The translations under genes were made by a program, and so were the position numbers. From Gemmatimonadota bacterium (GTDB taxonomy: Bacteria > Gemmatimonadota > Gemmatimonadetes > Gemmatimonadales > GWC2-71-9): 24,793 nt of DNA. Under the pieces are notes generated by a model. It was not told the DNA's origin and ran no database searches. It worked only from the letters and a program-made list of their open reading frames with translations. Positions 24,332-24,793 of this stretch are shown in pieces (the first letter of the stretch is position 1; every line of letters starts with the position of its first letter). The DNA lies in assembly GCA_037444345.1 (NCBI GenBank), contig JBBIMQ010000002.1, positions 1 to 24,793 of the forward strand, written 5' to 3'.

Positions 24332-24793
24332 GGTGCCGCCCGCCGCCGGAAGGGTACCGTGAGCGCGTACCAGAGCTCGGCCAGATCGCCGCCGCGCGTC
24401 GAGCCGGACTCCCGGTTCACCCGGAAGAGCCCGTACACTCCCAGCGTTGCGAAAATGAGATTCGGTGCCCACATCGCCACCCAGGGCGGGACGATATTCT
24501 TGTCCCCCAGGCCTTCCCCGGCGATCAGCCCCACGTAGTAGATCGCAAAGACGAAGAGCCCGCCGCCAATCACCAGCCCCATGCCGCCTCGCGGGAACCG
24601 GAGGGCCATCGGGATCCCCACGATCACGAACACCAGGCAGGCTGCGCTGATCGCCCACTTCTTGTGGACCTCGACCGCGTACTGGTCGGCACGGAGCTCG
24701 GCCGAGCGGACCTGATCAATGGCCGCGGCCACCTCACCCCAGGGGGTGAGCAGGACCGGCCGCGGCCGCGGCGGCTCCGAAGCGGGGCCCGGC
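24328..24793 (-). CDS. lptF: LptF/LptG-family LPS export permease (first of the pair, LptF-like), 5'-partial
   Basis: Open to the right edge; YAVEVHKKWAISAACLVFVIVGIPM..RGG..YYVGLIAGE..AMWAPNLIF; directly upstream of the lptG-like gene. Confidence 0.82.
   Translation of the reverse strand, partial: PGPASEPPRPRPVLLTPWGEVAAAIDQVRSAELRADQYAVEVHKKWAISAACLVFVIVGIPMALRFPRGGMGLVIGGGLFVFAIYYVGLIAGEGLGDKNIVPPWVAMWAPNLIFATLGVYGLFRVNRESGSTRGGDLAELWYALTVPFRRRAAP

Noticed and set aside
1-24793. CRISPR arrays, IS elements, integrases, rRNA or tRNA genes
   Set aside because: No regularly spaced DNA repeats, transposase motifs, terminal inverted repeats or structural RNA consensus were seen; the window is almost fully explained by protein-coding genes.

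Overview
GC-rich bacterial window. The gene set and protein style suggest an FCB-superphylum organism, most likely Gemmatimonadota (inference, not a database result). Left to right: the 3' part of an M24 aminopeptidase; then a 12.2-kb plus-strand cell-envelope cluster (1072-13300) with a palindrome-rich sigma70-type promoter and a strong terminator. The cluster encodes a TonB-dependent receptor, a 1379-aa secreted protein with a T9SS-like C-terminal domain, a PorV-family beta-barrel, a GWxTD protein and an Ig-repeat lipoprotein. After it come a minus-strand ABC exporter, a fused heme A/heme O synthase (CtaA-CtaB), an APC amino-acid permease, a minus-strand nadB-nadA-DUF2911-nadC cluster, and lptG plus the 3' end of lptF. 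The best candidate for a poorly described system is the receptor/CTD-cargo/PorV/GWxTD/lipoprotein cassette, which has T9SS shuttle parts but no SusD and no core T9SS genes in view. Other notable signals are an out-of-character T9 tract near the receptor 3' end, strong depletion of RTCGAY across the window, and an apparently leaderless nadB. No rRNA, tRNA, CRISPR array or mobile element was recognised. All calls are from motif reading only.
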